Assembly (NCBI RefSeq): GCF_006345805.1
Contig: NC_043003.1
Coordinates: forward strand, 94,736,001 to 94,800,000
DNA from: Octopus sinensis
Taxonomy: Eukaryota
DNA length: 64,000 nt
Direction: 5' to 3'
The notes beneath the pieces are model-generated. The model saw only the letters and a program-made list of their open reading frames with translations, was not told the origin of the DNA and did no database searches. The translations under genes were made by a program, and so were the position numbers. Below are positions 63,955 to 64,000 of the stretch, in pieces. How positions within the stretch are numbered: the stretch's first letter is position 1; the number at the start of each line of letters is the position of its first letter.

Positions 63955-64000
63955 TGCTTTCCAATAATTTATTTACTACATATTTCATGACTTACAAAAA

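Overview
This is 64 kb of AT-rich, microsatellite-dense eukaryotic non-coding DNA. The SINE/LINE repertoire is one I recall from Octopus genomes (inference, not verified). I cannot support any intact protein-coding gene: each ORF in the track is a simple repeat, a SINE read-through or a decayed transposon frame. Recognisable content: several tRNA-derived SINE families, decayed LINEs (RTE/BovB-type, RTE-X-type, CR1, L1/Tx1-type), two mariner remnants and a Tc1 remnant, MITEs (TA-, TTAA- and 8-bp-TSD types), Helitron-like non-autonomous elements, and a Penelope-like (GIY-YIG) ORF remnant. Three observations stand out. (1) Short insertions in (TA)n tracts carry minimal type I hammerhead ribozyme folds: one intact at 36905-36947, one intact with a compensatory U3-A8 core pair at 6929-6964, one near-intact at 6539-6593, plus several decayed copies. 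These are often accompanied by fold-back palindromes or an inverted terminal copy. (2) A textbook AG|GTGAGT recursive-splice (zero-length exon) signature at 19450/19451 suggests the window is a very long + strand intron. (3) There are several long hairpins that could be dsRNA/ADAR substrates or small-RNA precursors. Element boundaries are read by eye and approximate unless stated to the base.
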